The notes beneath the pieces were generated by a model. That model saw only the letters and a program-made list of their open reading frames with translations, did not search any database and had not been told where the DNA came from. A stretch of 64,000 nucleotides of DNA. It comes from Azolla caroliniana. Taxonomy: Eukaryota > Plantae > Polypodiophyta. The translations under genes were made by a program, and so were the position numbers. The stretch is taken from NCBI GenBank assembly GCA_043228905.1, contig JBHGNT010000011.1, positions 17,608,001 through 17,672,000 on the forward strand, in the 5' to 3' direction. Positions 24,701 to 35,548 of the stretch are shown here, in pieces (within the stretch, counting starts at the first letter, position 1; every line of letters begins with the position of its first letter).

Positions 24701-27264
24701 GTAAGCCGAATTACGACAAGCTGAGGATCTTCGGATGCGAGGCGTACGCCCTTATTCCGAAAGATGATCGCCGAAAACTTGCACCTCGGTCCAGGAAATG
24801 CATTTTCCTTGGATATGGATCAGACGGCGAAATGGGATACCGACTCTGGGACCCTGAACGCAGACAAATCGTTCGAAGTTCGGACGTTGTGTTCAACGAG
24901 TCGGCTATGAATCCATCAGTCGAAACACCGATCGAAGTCCGAAGGGTAACATTTTCCGATGTGCCGACCCTTCAAGAAGGCCCCGCTCTTAACACACGGT
25001 CAGCTTCATGGGTAGTTGAACCTTACACTACCGACTCGGACAACTCTGACTCGGCACAGTAGAATAATTCGCTTTCGGACCATCCGACCTCGATACCCGA
25101 TACGACCAGTCCAATCATACCTCGACGATCCGAGAGACTGTCGCAACCTCCGGAGAGGTATTCTCCTGGAATTTTCTTCACCGACGCCGGCGAACCGACG
25201 TCTTACGAAGAAGCATCGACATCTGTCGATTCAGCCACCTGGCATCTGGCGATGGAGTCGGAAATGCACTCCATTCGGGCAAACAAGACTTGGGATCTGG
25301 TCGAATTACCTAAGAATCGACGTGCTCTTCCTTGCAAGTGGGTTTATCGACTAAAAGAGACGTCTGATTCGACCACCCCAAAGTACAAGGCCAGATTAGT
25401 TGCGAAGGGCTTCCGACAAGAATATGGCGTCGACTTCGACGAGATTTTTTCACCAGTGGTGAAAATGACAACCCTTCGTTTTCTACTCGACGTAGTGGCA
25501 GCCGACAACTTGGAGCTGATTAAGCTAGATGTCAAAACAGCCTTCCTCCATGGTGATCTTGAAGAGGAAATTTATATGGAGCAGCCAAAAGGCTTCGTGG
25601 CAACTGGCCAAGAACATCTAGTCTGCCGACTCAGGAAGAGTCTATACGGCCTCAAACAGGCACCGCGACAATGGTACAAGAAGTTCGACGACTTCATCCA
25701 ATCAATCGGCTTCTCAAAAAGCGATGAGGACCATTGTCTTTTTACCAACACAGCTCAAGATGGATCACCCATCTTCCTCATCATTTACGTGGACGACATG
25801 CTCATTTCTGGACGCCACGCGGGCGAACTTGCCGATCTCATTCGGCAATTGCGATTGAAGTTTGCCATGAAGGACCTCGGTCCGGCACGACACATACTTG
25901 GCATGAAGATTAGTCGGCATCGCGATAAACGACATCTTTTTTTGTCTCAGACCGACTATATCGGACGTGTCTTGGAACGCTTCAACATGCAATCAGCCAA
26001 ATCTGCTTCAACCCCGCTCCCCATGAATCTTCGGCTCTCTCAGCGAGACTGCCCGACATCCGGTCCGGAGGGGGAAGATATGAAGTCGGTACCGTATGCA
26101 CCGGCAGTCGGCTCCCTTATGTACCTGATGGTCGCGACACGGCCTGATATTTCTCATGCCGTAGGAGTCGTTAGCAGATTTATGCACAATCCTGGCCGAT
26201 CGCATTGGAACGCAGTCAAGCATGTGTTCAAATATCTGGCTGGCACAAAAGACCACGGCATTCTTTTCGGTCCGAACTCAACCTCAGGCGTAGTCGGTTA
26301 CACCGACTCGGACTTCGCCGGCTGTATAGACAGTCGAAAATCAACAACTGGATACTGCTTCAAATTCGGCAATGGAGCAATTTCGTGGAAGTCGAAACTT
26401 CAGGAGTGCACAACGACCTCAACGACCGAAGCAGAATATGTAGCTGCGTCCGACGCTGCAAAAGAAGCTTTGTGGCTCGGCCGGCTGGCGCACACGTTTC
26501 GACAAGTCGACCATGACTCGGCCCCAGTTGTCTATAGCGACAGTCAAGGTGCTGTTGCCTTGTCGAAAAATCCGGTTCACCACAACGCCTCCAAACATAT
26601 CGGCGTTCGATATCACTTCGTTCGGGACTGCGTCATTTCAGGGAAAATCGGTCTAGAGAAAATATCCACAACCGACAATGTCGCAGATGGAATGACCAAG
26701 TGTCTTTCGGCAGACCGCTTTCGGTCCCTTCGGCATCAGATGGGCGTAACAACAAACCAGTCCGGTTAGAGCCGGACACAGCGCAGGATGGTTTCAGACA
26801 ACCGACATCAGTTCCTTAATGATCGGCTTCAACTCTTCCGACCCGACCAGTCCGACCTTCTGCCTTCGGACCCTGCCGACTCGAACAAAACTGATATGTC
26901 CGAGAACCTAGGTTTATACCTGTAATCTTAGATAACCCATGTATACGCCCATTACGGGGGAGTGTCGAATACAAGTGTATAATGGACGTATTCACACTAT
27001 CCCTTTGTATAGCTCAAGTTTGGGCCATTTGTGTAATTAGCATAAATGGTAGTTGCCCTAAGTTTGTCACTATATAAAGTGACCTAGTAACCTTTTTGTA
27101 AGGTTGGTTGTATTATTGTTTCTATTGAATAGAAAGAGTCTTTTGTGCCTCCTCTCTCTCTCTCTTTCTATCTCTGTGCACGATCTTGGAAACTGTCATA
27201 CGCAGGTACTCAACCCCAATCGAATGCTACTTGATCTTCCGCATTGACGGCCTTGTCTTCAACA
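21765..27264 (+). mobile_element. Ty1/copia LTR retrotransposon, family 1, copy A
   Basis: 302-bp LTRs 21765-22066 and 26963-27264, identical by eye; TSD CATCC; PBS TGGTATGAGAGC 22069-22080; PPT GGGGGAG. Confidence 0.97.
22738..26769 (+). pseudogene. Copia gag-pol polyprotein with two TAG stops (23422, 25060)
   Basis: CNYCKKPGHIKADC, WLLDSGAS, integrase, YVDD, RNase H; copy B has Gln at both stop positions. Confidence 0.95.
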
Positions 27265-27367
27265 CATCCCTCTCCCTACATAGGCATATGATAGGTAGAG
27301 GAGTCTAAGAAGTGTTGTAACTAAGTGGATTTTACATACAATTAATATAATTGTGTGCTTTTACCAA

Positions 27368-27387
27368 GAGAGAGAGAGAGAGAGAGA

Positions 27388-27435
<48 letters not shown>

Positions 27436-27445
27436 GAGAGAGAGA
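27368..27445. repeat. Compound (GA)n(CA)n(GA)n microsatellite between two LINEs
   Basis: Directly visible. Confidence 0.95.
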
Positions 27446-27709
27446 AAACGCAAAGTTCAGAGATGTTGGAGAAGGGCAAACACTAATTTTGATGTATCTT
27501 CTTGTTACAGTGTCCGTTTCCTTTGTTCTTTAGCTCGTTTCGAAGCCTGCACATAGAGCTTTCTAAAGAGTATCTGCACGTATCATTTGGAGGTCTTGGT
27601 AGAACGTTACGAGTAAAAATTCTATTCGATTGCATGCATCTCATGATCGCTTGCTTTGATTCCTTCTCCAACACAATTACTTGTAAGTGAACTCTCTCCT
27701 ATTTCTTGT

Positions 27710-29068
27710 CATATGGATGGTAGTGTTTTCATGAATATGGATGAGTCTCCAAATTCTTCAAAGGATGCGTGCATGGTTGAGTCAGTATCAAGCCCAAGAG
27801 GGGATGGTAAAAGAAAACGATGTATTGGAGATAATAGTAATGACATGTCTTATGTTGATGCAATGCGACAAGATGATATTGAGAAAGATGATAGTCATTG
27901 GGAACATTTAAGATGCATGTCAAATATATTAATGGAAGATTGTATAAGGGAGAATGTGAAAGTTGCTGAGGAGTTTGTTGACAATGAAGTGGCTAAGGTA
28001 GAAATAGACAATAAGGAGTTTTTGGGATCATTTGCTAATTTTTGTGATAAAGAGGTCATATTGTTTTTCACGGGAAAGATACCTTTCCTTTGGAGGGTCA
28101 AACAATGGTTACGTGGGATTTTACAAGCTGATTGTGTTCAGGATGTTTATGCTGGTCCTCGTGGATTTTATGAGGTTGTTTTGGTATCACAAGAGTATAA
28201 AGAGAAATTACTCAATAAATTGCCAGTTTTTTATGAGAAAAGTTTGGTTCCTATTGTTCCGTGGAGACCATTAGTGGAATACCAAGATATATTAAAGCAA
28301 GAGTGTCCCGTATGGGTTGAGGTAGAGTGCACATATTCAGTGGTTTGGCCAATATTACGGTCAGCGATGGAAAAGTTGGGAAAGATCTTGGTGCCTCCTA
28401 GTGCTAATGCTCAAAATCGATATCGGATGTGTATTCTTTGGAATACTGCTATAAAGAGGCCAAGTTGTTTACAGATTGCATGTTCTGGTATGTCACCTAT
28501 GTATTTTCGGCTTAAATGGGGTACATTTGCAGGACATTGTTTCCATTGTGGTGTGTTGGGGCATTTTATGGCTGAATGTCCTCAAAAAAGAAATAATGTA
28601 GTGGAAGTGGTACATGAAGATCCTACAACTCATGATCAGATTCAAGATTTGACAATTTTAGAGCAAACAAAGGAACCACAAATTTTGAATGAGAAGGATG
28701 GAAAGACTCTAGAGGATGAAGGACAATGGTCAATAGTTTCTGGAAAGATAAAGAAGTCTAATAAAAATGTTGGGCATAATGTATCTATGGAGAAGGTCAC
28801 ACCAACACATCCCACGCGGAATAAACCATGGGCTCGTCAAGAGGACTATCCAAAGAAATTATCTTTTGATAATAAAGGTAATTTGTATGTTCCTTGGAAT
28901 AAACGGAAATCGGTGCCTCGTTCACATGAGGAGCCATTGGGGTCTGGAGTTTTGCATTCCCATAGTAATTCATATGCAATCTTAGGGGATTTATTTCAGG
29001 ATATGGTAGAAACATTAGCAGTGAAGGAGAAGGAGATTTCTCAAATAAAAGGAAAAAATAAAGTATGA
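27710..29068 (+). CDS. LINE ORF1p (DUF4283-like region + CCHC zinc knuckle), uninterrupted
   Basis: GPRGFYEV, PVWVEV, CFHCGVLGHFMAEC; start ATG uncertain. Confidence 0.85.
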   Translation, partial: HMDGSVFMNMDESPNSSKDACMVESVSSPRGDGKRKRCIGDNSNDMSYVDAMRQDDIEKDDSHWEHLRCMSNILMEDCIRENVKVAEEFVDNEVAKVEIDNKEFLGSFANFCDKEVILFFTGKIPFLWRVKQWLRGILQADCVQDVYAGPRGFYEVVLVSQEYKEKLLNKLPVFYEKSLVPIVPWRPLVEYQDILKQECPVWVEVECTYSVVWPILRSAMEKLGKILVPPSANAQNRYRMCILWNTAIKRPSCLQIACSGMSPMYFRLKWGTFAGHCFHCGVLGHFMAECPQKRNNVVEVVHEDPTTHDQIQDLTILEQTKEPQILNEKDGKTLEDEGQWSIVSGKIKKSNKNVGHNVSMEKVTPTHPTRNKPWARQEDYPKKLSFDNKGNLYVPWNKRKSVPRSHEEPLGSGVLHSHSNSYAILGDLFQDMVETLAVKEKEISQIKGKNKV

Positions 29069-32000
29069 AGATCACCACATGGAATGTGAGGGGATTGTGT
29101 TCTAGATTTAGAATGCATGAGGTTTGGAGGATTGTGTTAAGTGAGCAATGGGATGTTTTATGTGCAATAGAGCATAAAGATCATCAGAATGCTGGTTTAA
29201 TTAGTTATTCTAAGGGTTATACATTATGTTATGCTGGCAAGGTTCATGGGGATTATTCTGGGATTGTCATGTTTATAAGAGATAAATTTCACCCAAAAGT
29301 AGTTGTTTCAGATGAATTTGGAAGATTTATTGTGGTAGAGATATGTTATGAAGGGCAAGCTATTTGGTTAGTTGGTGTGTATTCATCAAATGTTTCACAA
29401 GAACGAAAGTTGTTATGGAGATCTCTAAACTCAGTGCTTCATAATGGTAGACCGGGTTTATTGATGGGAGATTTTAATGTTTGTTGTGAGACAGATCAAT
29501 CAACATCTATCCACTCTATTATGGATGGACCAGAGGCTCAAGAATGAGGAGATTTTGAGACTGAAGTCATGTTAAGGGATGTATGGAAATGGATCAAGGG
29601 AGATGAACCTGGTTATACCTTTCAATCGGCTTAATATAAGGATACTTGGAGTAGGTTGGATCGAATGTATGTAATGCATACCGAAGGTTTTTTACCAGAG
29701 ATTTTGGATATTTCAGTGTCTTATGGGTCAATTATATCATATCATTTCCCATTAATTTTTGAGTTCAATCACCACTCAATTAGAGGTTTTCATGAGTTTT
29801 TAGGAAAACCACCGTTGATTTTTAATTCATCATTTTTGGATCATGAGGTCTTCCATGCCTATATGTGTCAATTGATTGATGCATTTGCCTATCGTGTTCA
29901 ATTTGATGGGTATGAAGCGTGGGAAGTATTTGTTGCAAATATTCAGAGGTTAACTAGATATTATGGAATTCACCATGCTTTTAAAAGGAGAAAGAAATTA
30001 AGTCTCCTAGTTAATTTGCTTGATAAATGCAACTCATTGTTAACTTATTGGCCAACAGATGTAGAGTTGATGGGATATCAAGAGGTATTAATTTCTGCGA
30101 TGCATGAACTAACGGCAAAAAATTATCAACATGCTAGACTACATCGTCTAAGACAAGAAGTGGATGATGCTAATTGTCAATCACATAAGTTTTTCCATGA
30201 CCTTCATGAATCACATGCACGGCATAATGTGGTAAGGTTAGAGGAAAATGGTATCATGTGTTCCGATCCTCAAGAAATTGTGAAGAAATGCATAGAATAT
30301 TATACACAATTGTTGGATGTACAAGTGTGTATCGATGATAATGTTAAAAAGGATAGAGATGTATTTTTTAATGGAGTGAAAAATCATGTATCGCATGATG
30401 TGGCAGAATCATTAGATGCTAATATTTCAGAGGATGAGGCGGAACATGTCATGTCACATCTTGCTAATGATAAGAGTCCTGGGTCGGATGGATTAACACA
30501 TGAACTCTTTAAGAAATATGTGATTAAGTTGAAGGGGCCTTTTACGATTTTATTTCAGAAGGTGTGGACATCAGGGGAAATGCCTCATTCTTGGAAGATT
30601 GGTTTGATCAAGCTTTTGCCGAAGGTGCCTTCTCCATCTTCCTTTGCTCAATGGAGGCGTATTTCATTGATGGGGGGAATGTACAAGATTTTTGCAAAAG
30701 TGATGGCCAATAGGTTGCATAAGGTTTTACCTTCTATTATTCATAATGCTCAATATGGGTTTTTAGCAAAAAGAGACATTTTACATAATATTTTAAATGT
30801 TCAAATGGCAATTGACTATGCAAAGGAGTCTAAACAAGAATTAGTGTTGCTACAATTGGATATCGAAAAAGCCTATGATAATGTGGATTGGTCATTTATA
30901 AATCAATTGATGTCTCATATTGGTTTTGGTGATCGTATGTCTAAGTTGATATACACATTAGGGGAGGGTTCGGTTTCACATGTGATGTTTAATGGAGGAG
31001 TAACCCAACCGATTTCTATTCGCAGGTCAGTTAGACAAGGATGCCCAGTAAGCCCTTTACTATTCACTATTGTGACACATCCTATTCTTGTTAAGTTACA
31101 CAATATGGTTATGGGGGAAGAATTGCTTGGACTAAGGTTGCCATCAGGGAAGCCATGTATTGTTCAAGCTCTCGCAGATGACCATATTATGTTTTTGGCA
31201 CCTAATCGGGAAAATATTAGTAAGACAAGAGATGTGTGGGAATTGTTTTCAAATGCTTCGGGGTTGAGAATTAATATACATAAATATGTCCTCATTTCAT
31301 GTACAGAACAAGATGTGTTAGGGTTGGGGTGGTCAGGAAGGATAGTACATCATGGTATGATTTGTCGTCATCTTGGATATCCAATTGGGGTGGAAGTTTC
31401 TCATGTGAAACTTATTGAGTGGGTATCCAAAAGGTTGGAGGATAAGTTTATGTATTGGAGGTCTCAATTTTGGCCTTTTCATGTACGACTTAAGGTGGTC
31501 CAATCGATTATGGTCTCTATGGTATCTTATTATCTTCCTTTGCTCCCATGGTCAAAGAAAGCTCTTGAAATGTTGTCACACTCGATGCGAATGTTGTTAT
31601 GGAAAAGAAAAGGGAAAAGTGCCTTGTCATGGTTGGCATGGGATCATGTTTGTACTCCGAAGCATCTTGGTGGGGCATCAATATTGAATCTATATGAGCA
31701 TATGGTGGCTCGTCGATTTACTTTCATTCGATTCATGTTTGAAGGTGTACAACCTTGGACAGAAATGGTGGCATACTTTATAGAGAAGAATGGAATAAAG
31801 CTTGGAAACATGAAGGTTGAAGCGAATTGGTGGAATGTAATTAATTCTGACAGGGATGTCAAATGTACAGGGTCTATGATAGTTAATCATTTGTTGACAT
31901 CTTGGCAAAGTATGTTGGATTTTGTGGAATGGCATCCCCCACAAGAAAGGGGATGTGCCAATTCATTACAAATGGAGGTTTTGGCAACATCAAGGTTGTT

Positions 32001-32916
32001 GAGGTGGGAAGGTAAATAAATTCTTAACCTTCAATTTAATCAGATGGCTAGATTGGGTTTGGTAAGAGTTAAGGATGGTGTGTTGGTTTCACAAAGAAGA
32101 TTAATGGCTTTTCGAACAATAAGATCAACATTTCGTATTCCAAAAGGTTACAACTTTATTTGGGATAAGTTGCAACAAACACTATCTTCGCATGAGCCAA
32201 TTCCTGATTTAGATGGGCGATCTCAAGAGCTTGATTGGAGGTTTGTTGGAAATAAGAGATTGACTATGATCTCAACGAATGTTGCTTATCACAAGTTGAT
32301 TGACAAACATAAGTGGTTGGAAGAAAGGGTTATAAAGATATGGGGTTTTCATAAGCCCATTACTTGGTGGTTTCATGTGATCAAGGCAGGTTGGTGTTCT
32401 CGATTGATGCTACGAGCCAAGGTATTTATTTGGAGAGTTATGGTTGGAGCTTTACCATTAGGGGATGCATTAAAAAGAAGAAACATTACTAAAGGATTGT
32501 GTTTCTTTTGTTCGGTGGAATTGGAACATAGTAGGCATCGATTTATTTCATGCCCGATGGCAAGGATGGTTTGGAGGTGTATCAGTTTAGTGTGGATGTC
32601 TCTAACAGGAGTAAGTCTATCTTCCTTCAGTTGGGTTTTTGCACATATGGAGAACAATGAATCGATGCCTCATTTTCAAATTATTTTTGAGTTCTTGAGG
32701 TATTGGGGGCTATGGTTCAATTAGAATATGCGGAATGCCTTCATTTTTTATTCGCAAGTTGGGGTGAGAAAATATGTTCTTAAGTTAAAAGGGCTTCTTT
32801 TGTGGCAATTGACAGTGCTAGAGAAGTCACAAAATCTCAACCAAGAAGAGAGAGAACTCTGCAAGGTCACATATCATCATATTCGCCATTTGAATTGGTG
32901 TGTAGGGTGGCATTGA
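29065..32916 (+). pseudogene. LINE ORF2p (APE endonuclease-RT-zf-RVT) with 4 in-frame stops
   Basis: TWNVRGL, GDFN, SRLDRMY, KSPGSDG, LDIEKAYD, RQGCPVSP, ALADD, CFFCSVELEHSRHRFISC; stops at 29545, ~29632, 32017, 32722. Confidence 0.92.
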
Positions 32917-33030
32917 GTTTGGTGTCGTAGTTTTCTTTAGATCCCTAGATAGAAGGGGTTCTATAGTTTGTTGTAAGTTAGTCATGGTGGTGTTTTTTCT
33001 TTCGTAATGAAAGCCATTATTTACGAAAAG

Positions 33031-33066
<36 letters not shown>

Positions 33067-33627
33067 AGAGGGAAAACGACACAATGTTGATGGGGTAACT
33101 TCACTATATTTCTTCTTCTTTTTCATACCCCATGGGTGGGGTTTAAATAGTATGATGAAGACATTACAAAAAGCCAAATGGGGGTAGTTACACCTACCCA
33201 CCTCACACTCATACATTAACATTTCATATTACACATTACACTCTTAACTCTCCATTACACCTATACGAGTAACATTAACCTTAAACCTATTCAACTATAA
33301 TAAATAGGACTTACATGAATCCATAAAATGCATTAGATAATTATAGAAACATATAAATAGGTATGGATTCAAATATAACCAAGAGACCTTGAAACCAAAA
33401 TTATGAAATATTCACACAACCCATATGGACACAGACAAGCTACAAAATCCAAAACCTCAATATAACGGAAATTATATTGCTCTCAATTTTCACACTTCTT
33501 GATTCATGATCTTGAAGAAAATTACATTTAGCATCCAAATGTGTAGGAGATACAATGGATGTGCTATGAAGCTTTTCAAAATTTGATAATATTTGAGCAT
33601 TGTATTATGTACAAAACTACATCAATT

Positions 33628-34058
33628 TCCATGCTTTGAATATAAAAAAATGAGACATGCTAAAGTACAATGTAAAAGCATTGTGTTTACACATCACATC
33701 AGCAATGCCTTTACACATCAGACTCATGTACATTGTGGCTTTGCCACCATATAGTGTACAATAATACAACAAATTTCATGCTTTGAATAAGCTAATTCAT
33801 ATTAGGGAAATATAATAAAATGACCCATATGCAAAAGACCATGTAAAGCATCCATTACCTTTACACATCATAGAGCAAACCACATTGAAGTTTCACATGC
33901 AATATCGTGTGCAAAACTACTATGATTTTCATGCTTTGAATAAGTTGATTCATATACAATAAAACAATACATATGATAAAGCACATGTAAAAGCATTGCC
34001 TTTACACATCATATTTACAAAGATACTTGGATCATGTTGCACTTTCATGTTTTTGAAA
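33628..34058. repeat. Degenerate tandem repeat, ~150-bp period, about 3 copies
   Basis: CATGCTTTGAATA at ~33630, ~33777, ~33930, each followed by ATGTAAA(A)GCAT...TTTACACATCA. Confidence 0.7.
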
Positions 34059-35368
34059 AATTTGGTATGATAGATCACAATCTTTATCACTATAAGAGCA
34101 CAACATTTTCAAGTTGAATTCAACTAGCATGAAGACAATTGCATATGCAAGTAAACTAGCTGATCATATATAGTCCCAATGTTGATGGTTTAAAATAAGA
34201 AATGTAGTCCTTCTAGATTCCACCCTAAGGTTAGATTAACGTGTCAATTTAGGTGCCAAGTGGTACTTATCACATTTTCACATACAAAAAACAGCATATT
34301 TTATTCAACTTCAATTCGTTTTTTCATATCAAAAGACTTCATGAAATATAATGACGGACTTCATCTATTTAGAAACCATAAACGCATGGACCCATGTGTT
34401 AATTAGGCGAATTCCTTATATGTTTTGAGGATAAGGTATTGTTGCATGCATATTATAGTGTCTTTGTCACATATAATGGTCAATTAGACAAGGATAATGT
34501 CCATTAGGTACATTAAACATTTTTGGAACAATCCCCATATGCATCCTTAAACTGCCAACCACCATAAGTGAGACATGTGCTCACATAATGGAACATGTTG
34601 TAATAATGGCAAAGAATAATTGTGCAACACATTTGGTACATACCAAGAATCAACTACTGATTATATTTGCACTCTCAAATTACTTCATAATTTCCACCCC
34701 TATCAACTATGAATCCAAACATAAGAATAGCTAATTAAATGAATGAGAATGATAACCAAGAGTACTTACCAAGACTCAATTGTAACATTTGCACACCATA
34801 GCAATACTTCACTTTATCATCTATGAAAATGACCACACAGATGTTTCAATCATGTACTAAATATACAGGAGCAAAGATTCTCTGTTATCATGTAAGGAAT
34901 TAGAATTTTATGAAAAATGATTGTGTGCTTGAATATTGGTTTGGCTTCTACCAGAGGTTCTGGAAGAACACTGTTTATGAGAAGAGAACCTTGGGAAGGT
35001 TCACTATACCAATCGTACAAAATGAAGTATATCAAGCACTTCATTATATATAGTACATTAAATCAGTTTAAAAATATATAGAACTACTTATTAAGAATAC
35101 AGAAGCTCATACATCAATATGCATAAAGCTTCTATAGATTTTTGAGAAATGGTAAAACCAACATTGAGACCCTTATATAATTGCTTTTCATGAAAGGGAA
35201 ACCTATGAATTGTACATAAGCCTTCATTATCACCTTTGCTTTTGGAAATGCAAGAAAAGGGGAACTTAAATTGGATTAGGAACTCGCAACTTTTTCTCGC
35301 CGAAAACTGCTTTCTCCACTCTCAAACTGGAAAGTCCCAAAAAATTGAGAAATGTAAGACATGCGATT

Positions 35369-35548
35369 CTACTTTGTCCTCGTTAAAACCTGCTCTGTAA
35401 CTTCCACAAGCGCCTGCCGGCATTTCCTCGCCCGTTCCGATTCTACAGGTGGTAGTGAATGAATGGCTTGAGCTGCTTGGGTGGCATGCTCTAATGCCAT
35501 CCGACGTGTCTTTTCCATCCCATCTGTCTTCTTCAACAGTTCAACAGC
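35369..35548 (-). CDS. SPS3: SPS exon 13
   Basis: [15 protein letters not shown]...[11 protein letters not shown] stop. Confidence 0.95.
   Translation of the reverse strand, partial: AVELLKKTDGMEKTRRMALEHATQAAQAIHSLPPVESERARKCRQALVEVTEQVLTRTK

Larger units (their letters stand above)
20030..27367 (+). mobile_element. 5'-truncated L1-clade LINE (RT C-half + zf-RVT), split by copia copy A
   Basis: HALADD at 20046-20063, RHLGYPLG, CFFCTVPLEDSTHRFIKC; paralogous to ORF2 at 29065; 3' UTR resumes at 27270 and ends at (GA)n. Confidence 0.85.
27446..33035 (+). mobile_element. Near full-length L1-clade LINE flanked by (GA)n on both sides
   Basis: 5' UTR, ORF1, ORF2 (APE-RT-zf-RVT), short A-rich end running into (GA)n 33036-33063. 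Confidence 0.92.

Noticed and set aside
34560-34860. Possible BED-finger/hAT remnant on the minus strand
   Set aside because: Frame broken and motifs too short.
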